A stretch of 64,000 nt of DNA from Sulfurimonas sp. (GTDB taxonomy: Bacteria; Campylobacterota; Campylobacteria; Campylobacterales; Sulfurimonadaceae): the NCBI RefSeq assembly GCF_029027585.1, contig NZ_CP093397.1, positions 1,103,405 through 1,167,404 of the forward strand, given 5' to 3'. Below, one piece after another: positions 1 through 8,633 of this stretch. The notes under the pieces were generated by a model. It searched no databases. It saw only the letters and a list, made by a program, of their open reading frames with translations, and was not told where the DNA came from. Position 1 is the stretch's first letter; each line of letters begins with the position of its first letter. The translations under genes and the position numbers were made by a program.

Positions 1-764
1 CTTTACAAAAAAACACTTTTTATGGAAAAGAAAAAAAGTCACTAGCTTATATTATCGGCATTATGAATATGATACTCCATGGTGTTGAAGCTCCAAACAT
101 CATACATACAAATACTTTAGCCGAAAATTTATCAGACATACAAGAAAAAGACCGTTATGATGTTGTTTTAGCAAATCCACCTTTTGGCGGAAAAGAAAGA
201 GCAGAAGTTCAGCAAAACTTTCCCATAAAAACGGGAGAAACTGCATCTCTATTTTTACAGCATTTCATCAAAATACTTCGAGCGGGAGGCAAGGCAGGTG
301 TAGTTATAAAAAATACTTTTTTAAGTAACACAGACAATGCATCTATAGCCTTAAGAAAAGAGCTTTTAACATCTTGTAATTTGCATACAGTTTTAGACTT
401 ACCCGCAGGTACTTTTACAGGTGCAGGTGTTAAAACGGTCGTTCTCTTTTTTGATAAAGGTCTTAGCACAAAAAAAGTTTGGTTTTACTCTCTTAACCTT
501 GATAGAAACCTAGGAAAAACAAACCCTCTAAATGCAAAAGATTTAGCAGAGTTTGTAGAGTTACAAAAAACGAAAGCTGATAGTGAAAACTCTTGGACTT
601 TAAAACTAAAAGATATAGATAAAACTACTTATGATTTGAGTGCTAAAAATCCAAATACTCCAGAAGAAGCACCTCTAAGAAAACCAAAAGAGATTTTAAA
701 AGCTATGGCGGAGTTAGATAAAGAGAGTGAAAATATTCTTAAAACTATTAAAGGCTTAGTGTGA
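1..764 (+). CDS. hsdM: Type I R-M DNA methyltransferase subunit HsdM, C-terminal part (5' end lies outside the window)
   Basis: The frame is open from the window edge (LQKNTFYGKEKKSLAYIIGIMNMILHGV...). It carries the N6-adenine methyltransferase motif IV, LANPPFGG. The stop is TGA at 762-764. Confidence 0.9.
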   Translation, partial: LQKNTFYGKEKKSLAYIIGIMNMILHGVEAPNIIHTNTLAENLSDIQEKDRYDVVLANPPFGGKERAEVQQNFPIKTGETASLFLQHFIKILRAGGKAGVVIKNTFLSNTDNASIALRKELLTSCNLHTVLDLPAGTFTGAGVKTVVLFFDKGLSTKKVWFYSLNLDRNLGKTNPLNAKDLAEFVELQKTKADSENSWTLKLKDIDKTTYDLSAKNPNTPEEAPLRKPKEILKAMAELDKESENILKTIKGLV

Positions 765-1604
765 AAAATAAAGTCCAAATATTTGAAACAAAAAATGTTA
801 GGAGCCATTGGGATGAGAGTCAAGAAAAATGGTTTTTTTTCTCTTATTGATATAGTAGCTATTTTAACTGAACAAGAAAATCATTTAACGGCAAGAAAGT
901 ATTGGAATAAGCTAAAAGAGCGTTTAAAAAATGAAGGAAATGAAACGGTGACAAATTGTCACCAGTTGAAAATGTTAGCTAAAGATGGAAAGATGCGTCT
1001 TACTGATGTCGCAAATACAGAAGAACTTTTAAGAATCATTCAATCTATTCCATCAAAAAAAGCTGAACCATTTAAGATGTGGTTAGCCAAAGTTGGAAGC
1101 GAAAGAATAGATGAGATAGAAGACCCTGAGTTAGCTTTTGATAGAGCGATGAAAAGCTACTTAGATAAAGGCTACTCAAAAGAGTGGGTAAACCAAAGAC
1201 TAAAGAGTATAGAAGTTAGAAAAGAGCTAACTGATGAGTGGGAACAAAGAGGGGTAAAAGAGGGTTTAGAGTTTGGCATACTAACAAATGAGCTTACTCG
1301 TGCTTGGACTGGAAAAAGCGTTAAAGAATACAAGGCTTTTAAAGGTTTAAAAAAAGAGAACCTAAGAGATAACATGTCTAACTTAGAGTTAGTTTTAAAT
1401 ATGTTAGCAGAAGCTTCAACAACAGAGATTTCAAAGGTACAAAAACCACAAGGCTTAGAACAAAACAAAAAAGTAGCAAAAAAAGGTGGCAATGCTGCCA
1501 AATCAGCAAGACTAGAGATAGAAAAAGAAACAGGCGAGGCTATTGTAAATGCTAGTAATTCTAAAAAACTTTTAAGTAAAAAAGAAACTAAGAATGATAA
1601 ATAA
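761..1604 (+). pseudogene. DinD/Bro-N family protein, paralog 1, frame broken at a T8 run (833-840)
   Basis: GTG 761 overlaps the hsdM stop (GTGA). It opens a frame reading VKNKVQIFETKNVRSHWDESQEKWFF, which aligns with the N-terminus of the paralog at 2790 (LVIFQSKEIRRIWEDDEWFY). That frame stops at 848-850. The rest of the protein (SLIDIVAILTEQ... to 1604) is in the +1 frame, which is the 783..1604 ORF in the track. Removing one T gives a 280-aa protein, the same length as paralog 2. The C-terminal half resembles E. coli DinD as I recall it. Confidence 0.7.
833..840 (+). repeat. T8 homopolymer at the frameshift point of dinD-like paralog 1
   Basis: Counted directly: ggtttttttt followed by ctc. 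Confidence 0.9.
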
Positions 1605-2793
1605 GGGTAGTGCTTTGAGAGAGGGGTGGGAAATTCGGAGGCTTGGCGATGTATATGATGTAAGAGATGGAACGCACGATTCTCCTAGATACATAGAAGA
1701 AGGTTATCCTTTAATTACATCAAAAAATCTAAAACAGGACACTTTAAATTATAATAAAGTTAAATATATTTCACATATTGATTATGTAAATATCAACAAA
1801 AGAAGTAAAGTTGATGTAGGTGATATTTTATTTGCTATGATTGGGACAATTGGTAATCCTATTGTCATTAAAAATGAACCTGATTTTGCCATAAAAAATG
1901 TAGCTCTCTTTAAAGTTTCCGATAATCAAAATAGTCATTTTTTAAAATATTTTTTAGACTCTGAGCAAGTAATAAAGAAAATGCTTAGAGATGCGAAAGG
2001 AACAACCCAAAAATTTGTGGGACTAGGATATCTAAGAAATTTTGAGATTGTACTCCCTCCTCTCCAAGAACAAGAAAAAATAGTAGCTATTTTAGATGAG
2101 GCTTTTTTGGCGATAGCTAAGGCAAAAGAAAATGCAGAGTTAAACTTACAAAACGCAAAAGAGCTTTTTGAATCTTATTTGCAAGGTGTTTTTGAGAATA
2201 AAGGTGAGGGGTGGGAAGAGAAAACTTTAGGTGAATTAGCTAATGTAAAAAGTGGAGGAACTCCATCTCGTTCAAAAAAAGAATATTGGGAAGGAAATAT
2301 AGCCTGGTATTCATCTGGCGAATTAAATGAACTATTTACAGTAAAACCTAAAAGATATATAAATAATTTAGCTATTAAAAATTCAACTGCTAAACTATTT
2401 CCACAAGGCTCATTACTGATAGGAATGTATGATACAGCTGCATTAAAAATGTCAATAATTGATAGAGATGCAACATTTAATCAAGCAATTGCAGGAGTAC
2501 ACCCAAATAAAGATATAGACTTAATATTTATTTTAAATTCTATTAACTCTATTAAACCAGAAATTTTAAGTCTTAGAAGAGGTGTTCGTCAAAAAAACCT
2601 AAATTTAACAAAAATAAAAAATATTCCAATTTTCCTACCAATAATCAAAACCCAACAAAAAATAGTAAAAAAACTAAACACCCTCCAAGAACAAACAAAA
2701 AAACTAGAATCCATCTACACCAAAAAACTACAAGACCTAGAAGAATTAAAAAAATCCATCTTGCAAAAAGCCTTTAATGGAGAACTAACATGA
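1594..2793 (+). CDS. hsdS: Type I R-M specificity subunit HsdS (two target-recognition domains)
   Basis: Two variable halves are separated by conserved helical spacers: LPPLQEQEKIVAILDEAF...AKELFESYLQGVF, and FLPIIKTQQKIVKKLNTLQEQTKKLESIYTKKLQDLEELKKSILQKAF. The N-terminus has the typical WEIRRLGDV. It lies between hsdM and hsdR. Confidence 0.9.
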   Translation: MINKGSALREGWEIRRLGDVYDVRDGTHDSPRYIEEGYPLITSKNLKQDTLNYNKVKYISHIDYVNINKRSKVDVGDILFAMIGTIGNPIVIKNEPDFAIKNVALFKVSDNQNSHFLKYFLDSEQVIKKMLRDAKGTTQKFVGLGYLRNFEIVLPPLQEQEKIVAILDEAFLAIAKAKENAELNLQNAKELFESYLQGVFENKGEGWEEKTLGELANVKSGGTPSRSKKEYWEGNIAWYSSGELNELFTVKPKRYINNLAIKNSTAKLFPQGSLLIGMYDTAALKMSIIDRDATFNQAIAGVHPNKDIDLIFILNSINSIKPEILSLRRGVRQKNLNLTKIKNIPIFLPIIKTQQKIVKKLNTLQEQTKKLESIYTKKLQDLEELKKSILQKAFNGELT

Positions 2794-3632
2794 ATAAAAA
2801 CGACAAATTAGTAATATTTCAAAGTAAAGAGATTAGAAGAATTTGGGAAGATGATGAGTGGTTTTACTCTGTAGTTGATATCATTGAAGTTCTTACAGAT
2901 AGCCCTACTCCTAGGCAATACTGGGGGAAAGTTAAAGATAGAGAATTTACTAAACTTCAGTTGTCCCCAATTTGGGTACAACTGAAACTTCTAGCAAAAG
3001 ATGGCAAAAACTATAAAACAGATTGTGCCAACACAAAAGGCATCCTTAGAGTTATCCAGTCCCTACCATCAAAAAAAGCTGAACCTTTTAAGCAGTGGTT
3101 AGCACAAGTTGGACATGAACGCATCCAAGAGATAGAAAACCCTGAACTAGCACAAGAGCGTATGAAAATTCTTTATGAGCAAAAAGGTTATCCAAAAGAC
3201 TGGATAGACAAACGACTTCGTGGAATTGCTATTCGTCAAAATCTTACAGATGAGTGGAAAGAGAGAGGTATAAAAGAGCATAAAGATTTTGCGATTTTAA
3301 CAGCTGAAATCTCAAAAGCCACTTTTGGCATGACTCCAAGCGAATACAAAACTCATAAAAACTTACCTGAAAAATCAAATGCAAATCTTCGTGATCACAT
3401 GGATGATTTAGAACTTATATTTTCTATGTTAGGCGAAAGAGTAACTACTGAAATTTCTAAAGAGGAAAAACCAGATACTTTAGAAAAAAGTAAAAAAGTA
3501 GCCTCTCGTGGTGGAGCAGTCGCTGGAAATGCAAGAGCTGAAACTGAAAAAGAGTTAGGCAGAAAAGTAAGTACAAAAAAGAACTATCTACCAAAAACAA
3601 ATCTTTTTAAAATAGGTAATGATGATGAATGA
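2790..3632 (+). CDS. DinD/Bro-N family protein, paralog 2 (intact, 280 aa)
   Basis: Its ATGA overlaps the hsdS stop. It is about half identical by eye to the 761-1604 product (LAKDGKxxxTDxANT...SKKAEPFKxWLAxVGxERIxEIExPELA...LTDEWxxRG...NLRDxMxxLEL). Confidence 0.8.
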   Translation: MNKNDKLVIFQSKEIRRIWEDDEWFYSVVDIIEVLTDSPTPRQYWGKVKDREFTKLQLSPIWVQLKLLAKDGKNYKTDCANTKGILRVIQSLPSKKAEPFKQWLAQVGHERIQEIENPELAQERMKILYEQKGYPKDWIDKRLRGIAIRQNLTDEWKERGIKEHKDFAILTAEISKATFGMTPSEYKTHKNLPEKSNANLRDHMDDLELIFSMLGERVTTEISKEEKPDTLEKSKKVASRGGAVAGNARAETEKELGRKVSTKKNYLPKTNLFKIGNDDE

Positions 3633-5931
3633 AGCCCAAACAAGAGCTGAACTTATAGACCCTAAACTTAAAGCGTGTGGTTGGGGAGTTGTAGAAGATT
3701 CTAAGATTCTTCGTGAAGAGAATGTTTGTCGCATTACTGATGGTCGCATCCAAGTGGGTGGAGGTAGAACTAAGGCACTTATCGCTGATTATATTTTAGT
3801 TTACAAGGGTGTTAAACTTGCTGTTGTTGAAGCAAAAAGAAGTGAGTTAGAAGTTGGCGAGGGTGTTGCACAAGCAAAACTTTACGCACAAAAACTTTCA
3901 CTTGAAACTACTTACTCCACTAATGGTAAAGAGATTTATAGCATCTGCATGAAAACAGGTAAAGAGAGTTTAGTTTCAAGTTACTTAACACCTGATGAAC
4001 TTTGGGAGAAGACTTACTCAGACCAAAACCTTTGGCGAGAGAAATTCGCATCTATCCCTTTTGAAAACAAAAGTGGAACATGGCAACCTAGATACTACCA
4101 AGAAATAGCAGTTAAAAATGCTCTTGAAGCAATCGCGCAAAACAAAAACCGCATACTTTTAACACTTGCAACAGGGACAGGTAAAACAGCCATAGCCTTT
4201 CAAATAGCATGGAAACTTTTTCACACAAGGTGGAACCTAAAAAGAGATGCAAAGAGAAGACCTCGCATACTTTTTTTAGCAGATAGAAATATATTAGCAG
4301 ACCAAGCCTTTAACTCTTTTTCAGCATTTAGTGAAGATGCGATGGTTCGTATAAAACCTAAAGAGATAAAAAAGAGTGGTAAAATCCCAACAAATGGAAG
4401 TATCTTTTTTACTATCTTTCAGTCGTTTATGAGTGGTGAAAAAGATGAGCCTTATTTTGGGCAATATCCAAAAGACTATTTTGATTTTATTATCATCGAT
4501 GAGTGTCACAGAGGTGGAGCAAATGATGAAGGAAATTGGCGTAGCATCTTAGAGTATTTTGCACCTGCTGTTCAACTAGGGCTTACAGCAACTCCAAAAC
4601 GCAAAGATAATGTAGATACTTATGATTACTTTGGTAAACCTGTATATATCTACTCTTTAAAAGATGGCATAAATGATGGTTTTTTAACGCCCTTTAAAGT
4701 AAAACGAATCAAAACAACTCTTGATGATTACTTATATACCAATGATGACAATATTATAGAAGGTGAAATAGAAGAAGGGAAACTTTACAAAGAGGAAGAT
4801 TTCAACAAGATTATAGAGATAAAACAAAGAGAAGAAAAAAGAGTTAAAATCTTTATGGACGCGGCAAATGAAAATGACAAAACTATCATCTTTTGTGCCA
4901 CTCAAGAACACGCAGCCGCTGTCCGTGACTTAGTAAACCAATATAAAAAAACAAGTAAAGACCCTCAGTATTGTGTTAGAGTTACTGCCAATGATGGCGA
5001 AATAGGCGAACAATTTTTACGAGAGTTTCAAGATAATGAAAAACTAATTCCTACCATATTAACAACATCTCAAAAACTATCAACAGGTGTAGATGCTAGA
5101 AACATTCGTAATATTGTTCTTATGCGTCCAGTAAAACAAATCATAGAGTTTAAACAGATAATTGGTCGTGGAACTAGGCTGTTTGATGGCAAAGAGTTTT
5201 TTACGATTTATGATTTTGTAGATGCGTATCAAAGGTTCTCAGACCCAGAGTGGGATGGAGAACCTTTAGAGCCAGAGCCAATCACTTCGCCAAATGAGCC
5301 AAAAACTCCAAGTGAGCCAAAAGAGCCAAATCCAAAACCTAAAAAAATCAAAGTAAAACTAAGCGATGGAAAAGAGAGAGAGATACAGCATATGCTCTCT
5401 ACCTCTTTTTGGGGTGCTGATGGAAAGCCAATCTCTAGTGAAGAATTTTTACAAAATCTTTTTGGAGAGTTACCAAAGTTTTTTAAAAATGAAGAAGAAC
5501 TAAGAACTATTTGGAGTAAGCCATTAACTAGAAAAGTGCTTTTAGAAAAACTAAATGAAGCAGGTTTCGGAGCAGATGAGTTAAACACTCTTAAAAAGCT
5601 TATAGATGCCCATAACAGTGATATTTTTGATGTCTTAAAGTATGTGTTTGATAGTGATATAAAACCGATTTCAAGACAAGATAGAGTAAACAAAGCTAAA
5701 AAAAGTATATTTGCTCTTCTTAATAAAGAACAAGCTGAATTTATAGAATTTGTTTTATCAAAGTATATCCAAAGTGGTGTAGAAGAACTTTCACAAGATA
5801 AACTTCCCATTTTACTAGAAAGTAAATACCAATCACTAGAAGATGCAAAAGCTATTTTAGGAGATGTTGCAAATATAAGCTCATTATTTATAGAATTTCA
5901 ACAGCATCTATATAAACAAAGAATAGCGTAA
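3619..5931 (+). CDS. hsdR: Type I restriction endonuclease subunit HsdR
   Basis: N-terminal NEAQTRAELIDPKL and a PD-(D/E)xK-like ADYILVYKGVKLAVVEAKR. Helicase motif I LATGTGKT and motif II IIIDECHRG. TATP, TTSQKLSTGVDA and QIIGRGTR are also present. A PK-rich linker leads to a C-terminal helical domain. Confidence 0.92.
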   Translation: MMMNEAQTRAELIDPKLKACGWGVVEDSKILREENVCRITDGRIQVGGGRTKALIADYILVYKGVKLAVVEAKRSELEVGEGVAQAKLYAQKLSLETTYSTNGKEIYSICMKTGKESLVSSYLTPDELWEKTYSDQNLWREKFASIPFENKSGTWQPRYYQEIAVKNALEAIAQNKNRILLTLATGTGKTAIAFQIAWKLFHTRWNLKRDAKRRPRILFLADRNILADQAFNSFSAFSEDAMVRIKPKEIKKSGKIPTNGSIFFTIFQSFMSGEKDEPYFGQYPKDYFDFIIIDECHRGGANDEGNWRSILEYFAPAVQLGLTATPKRKDNVDTYDYFGKPVYIYSLKDGINDGFLTPFKVKRIKTTLDDYLYTNDDNIIEGEIEEGKLYKEEDFNKIIEIKQREEKRVKIFMDAANENDKTIIFCATQEHAAAVRDLVNQYKKTSKDPQYCVRVTANDGEIGEQFLREFQDNEKLIPTILTTSQKLSTGVDARNIRNIVLMRPVKQIIEFKQIIGRGTRLFDGKEFFTIYDFVDAYQRFSDPEWDGEPLEPEPITSPNEPKTPSEPKEPNPKPKKIKVKLSDGKEREIQHMLSTSFWGADGKPISSEEFLQNLFGELPKFFKNEEELRTIWSKPLTRKVLLEKLNEAGFGADELNTLKKLIDAHNSDIFDVLKYVFDSDIKPISRQDRVNKAKKSIFALLNKEQAEFIEFVLSKYIQSGVEELSQDKLPILLESKYQSLEDAKAILGDVANISSLFIEFQQHLYKQRIA

Positions 5932-5935
5932 AATA

Positions 5936-5944
5936 TGATATAAT
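5936..5944 (+). promoter_or_regulatory. Extended -10 promoter element (TGATATAAT) upstream of the toxin-antitoxin pair
   Basis: Exact TGnTATAAT, 30 nt upstream of ATG 5974. AAAGGA lies at a suitable ribosome-binding distance. Confidence 0.4.
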
Positions 5945-5973
5945 AACCGTACATCAACCGTAAAGGATAGATT

Positions 5974-6267
5974 ATGCAAACAGCACAAGTAGATATTGGA
6001 TTTAGCAAAGATTCTCGTTTTGACACTAAAATAAACTCTGGGTTAAAAGAGATGCTAAAGATAGCTTCAACGCTAGAAGGAATGGACTTATCAGCTTTTA
6101 TCATCTCAGCTGCTACTCAAAAAGCAAGAGAAGTTATACAACAATCTGAATCACTATCGTTAAACAATAATGGGTATAAAAAATTTATGAACATAATTAA
6201 TCATCCTCCAAAAGCTACTAAAGAGTTGAATAACTTAATGAAGCTAGATGATTTAAATGAGCGATAA
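5974..6267 (+). CDS. DUF1778 (TacA-like, RHH) antitoxin
   Basis: 97 aa. The pattern ...DSRFDTKINSGLKEMLKIASTLEGMDLSAFIISAATQKAREVIQ...HPPKATKEL matches the DUF1778 layout. It overlaps the downstream GNAT gene by 11 nt. Confidence 0.8.
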   Translation: MQTAQVDIGFSKDSRFDTKINSGLKEMLKIASTLEGMDLSAFIISAATQKAREVIQQSESLSLNNNGYKKFMNIINHPPKATKELNNLMKLDDLNER

Positions 6268-6781
6268 TGTAATAATCGAAAGATTTGATTTTGCTAAAAC
6301 CTACAATGGGTTAAGACAATTTGATTGTAACCACGATCTCATAAATAGATTTGTAAAAAAATCTATGAAAAAACAAGTTGAAAATGACTATTCAGCTGCT
6401 TATATTTTACTTGATTTAAATAACCAAGAAAGATTTATCGGTTTTTATACAATAACAACTTTTAGCATTCAAAAATCTACTTTTGAGATACCTCTAAAAT
6501 CTTCACCAAGTTCGGTACCTGTTTTTAGGATAATAATGCTTGGAGTAGATAAAAAATATGCGAACAGAGGTTATGGTTCTAAACTCTTAAAGCATTGTTT
6601 TAAGCTCGTTTTAAGAGCTTCTGAGGAAGTCGGAGCTAAAGGACTTTACTTAGATGCTGAAGATAAAAAACATGAATGGTATAAAAAACTTGGCTTTGAA
6701 GCTATAAACTCACCTGATAAAGATACAAATATAATGCCTATGTTTATATCCACTGATACCATCAGAGATGCTTTATGTTAA
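6257..6781 (+). CDS. GNAT-family acetyltransferase toxin (TacT-like)
   Basis: 174 aa. It has an acetyl-CoA binding R-G-Y-G-S-K-L-L motif and the classic pairing with a DUF1778 gene. Confidence 0.8.
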   Translation: MSDNVIIERFDFAKTYNGLRQFDCNHDLINRFVKKSMKKQVENDYSAAYILLDLNNQERFIGFYTITTFSIQKSTFEIPLKSSPSSVPVFRIIMLGVDKKYANRGYGSKLLKHCFKLVLRASEEVGAKGLYLDAEDKKHEWYKKLGFEAINSPDKDTNIMPMFISTDTIRDALC

Positions 6782-7911
6782 TGATTAAAAATAAATTCAA
6801 TCTAAAAAAGAGAATAAAAGATGATTTGTATAAAAAAGAAAAAAATAATATTGTAAAAAATATTTATGATTTATATACCATGGGTATTAAGATATTCGTC
6901 CCTTTCTTAATCGTTTTTTTTGGCTTATTAGACTATTGGACTTTTACAAAGATTTTTAACTTTAACCACACTGCATTTTTAGATGTATATATATTTTCAA
7001 TCAGCTTATCAAACGCAAGTTTAATTATTGTAATTTTATTACTTCCTGTAATAATTCTTCTTTTAATATATGTTATAGCTATCATTGGTGCTTCTCCTGT
7101 ATTTTTTATAACAAAAGTAAAAGATAAACAGCTTAATGAACCATTTCTTTTTTTTATATTTATGAGTATTCTATTATTATCAAGTCTTGGAATATTACAT
7201 ATAGAACTATTAAAATCTAATATATTGTTTTATTGTATGTCAGCAGTAGCTCCAATCTTTATAGCCTACCTTTTTGTTACTCTTTATGATCTATATTTTA
7301 ATAACAGTAATAAAATTTTTATTATTCTTTCTCTTTCTCTTCTTTGTGGTTTTGGGGGTTTAATGCTATATTATGGACACTCAAATATTCAAGAGTATAT
7401 TTTATATTTATTACTTATCATAATGATACCAACTATACACAGCTATATATTTGCTGAATTCTTTTTAATCAAAAGTTTAAAAAAAGTTTCAATAAAAGAC
7501 ACTAGACCAATTGTTTTTTTCATTGCAGTATTTTTCTTTATTAGTGTACTTTCATTCACTTTACTACATAACTCAAATACTGATATATGGAATAATTCAA
7601 TAAATGATCAAAATTCAACTACAAATTTATTCTTAAATAAGAAATTTTTATCAAAGATTAGTCCTTATGATGATATTTTACTTTCTAAAACTAAAGAAAT
7701 TAATGAAATTAAAATAACTAAAGAAACAAAATACTTACCGATATCAAGCAATATGAAGCTTTATTTTGTTTTTCAAAAAGACAAAAATAATACCAAAGTA
7801 TTTGCTATAGAAAAAAAATATTATAAAGATAAATATATATTTAATATATTAGATTCTGGTTGTATTAACTGCCCTAAAAATATATCAAAACCAAACAAGA
7901 ATACAAATTGA
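6775..7911 (+). CDS. Polytopic membrane protein of unknown function (about 7 TM plus a roughly 120-aa C-terminal soluble domain)
   Basis: There are seven or so long hydrophobic segments, then a polar tail containing CINCPKN. Its stop overlaps the TTG start of the ABC ATPase (TTGA). No family was recognised. Confidence 0.6.
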   Translation: MLMIKNKFNLKKRIKDDLYKKEKNNIVKNIYDLYTMGIKIFVPFLIVFFGLLDYWTFTKIFNFNHTAFLDVYIFSISLSNASLIIVILLLPVIILLLIYVIAIIGASPVFFITKVKDKQLNEPFLFFIFMSILLLSSLGILHIELLKSNILFYCMSAVAPIFIAYLFVTLYDLYFNNSNKIFIILSLSLLCGFGGLMLYYGHSNIQEYILYLLLIIMIPTIHSYIFAEFFLIKSLKKVSIKDTRPIVFFIAVFFFISVLSFTLLHNSNTDIWNNSINDQNSTTNLFLNKKFLSKISPYDDILLSKTKEINEIKITKETKYLPISSNMKLYFVFQKDKNNTKVFAIEKKYYKDKYIFNILDSGCINCPKNISKPNKNTN

Positions 7912-8633
7912 TTAGTCTCGACTCTCTAAGTGTCAAATATGACAATAAAACTATACTTACAAATATATCTTTAAATATTGAGAGTCATCTAAGTATTCTT
8001 GGGGCAAATGGTTCTGGAAAAAGTACCTTGGCTAAAGCACTTTGTAATCTCATAAAGTATGAGGGTAGTGTGAGTATAGATGCCAAAAATATCAAGGAGT
8101 ATTCTTTAAAAGAGAGAGCAAAACTTATCTCATATATTCCAGCAAAACTTGAAGTTTATGATGCTTATATTAGTGTTGAAGAGTTTGTACTCCTTAGTCG
8201 TTTTGCACATAAAGAAAACTTTTTTGACTACTCAGATAAAGATAAAACAATCACAAAAGAAACTTTAAAATTTTTAAATATTTCACATCTTAAAAACCAC
8301 ACTATAAACTCTCTTAGCTCAGGAGAATCACAACTTGTTTTAATCGCTTGTGCCTTAACTCAACAAAGTAAGATTATCATCTTTGATGAACCAACTGCAA
8401 ATTTAGACCCTAAAAACTCTAAGATTATCGCTCAACATATCAAAGGTTTAAAAGATTATCATCAAGTTATTCTTATCACGCATGATTTGCATCTAGCCTC
8501 ATTTATAGACTCAGATACTTTATTTATCAAAGATTCAAAAGCCATGTACTATAAAAAAGATTTTTTCAATCAAGAAAATTTAAAAGAACTTTATGAGGTT
8601 GACTTTAATGACTTGGCGGTTAGTTATGAGTAG
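7908..8633 (+). CDS. ABC transporter ATP-binding protein (FecE/BtuD-type)
   Basis: Walker A GANGSGKST, signature LSSGESQL, Walker B IIIFDEPTANLD and an H-loop ITHD. The conserved N-terminus requires the TTG start. Confidence 0.9.
   Translation: MISLDSLSVKYDNKTILTNISLNIESHLSILGANGSGKSTLAKALCNLIKYEGSVSIDAKNIKEYSLKERAKLISYIPAKLEVYDAYISVEEFVLLSRFAHKENFFDYSDKDKTITKETLKFLNISHLKNHTINSLSSGESQLVLIACALTQQSKIIIFDEPTANLDPKNSKIIAQHIKGLKDYHQVILITHDLHLASFIDSDTLFIKDSKAMYYKKDFFNQENLKELYEVDFNDLAVSYE

Noticed and set aside
5270-5345. Pro/Lys/Glu-rich repeat (EPEPITSPNEPKTPSEPKEPNPKPKK) in hsdR as a possible repeat element
   Set aside because: It is an in-frame low-complexity linker between the helicase core and the C-terminal domain, not a DNA-level repeat of regulatory significance.
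5229-5810. 193-aa minus-strand ORF inside hsdR
   Set aside because: It is antisense to a well-supported helicase/nuclease gene. The translation is S/F/L-rich low complexity with no motifs, which is typical of a shadow ORF in AT-rich coding DNA.
6782-7908. Cobalamin riboswitch upstream of the B12 uptake and salvage cluster
   Set aside because: There is no non-coding space because the region is filled by the 7-TM ORF. I could not find a B12-box-like core (…GCCACTG…) in any intergenic region of the window.
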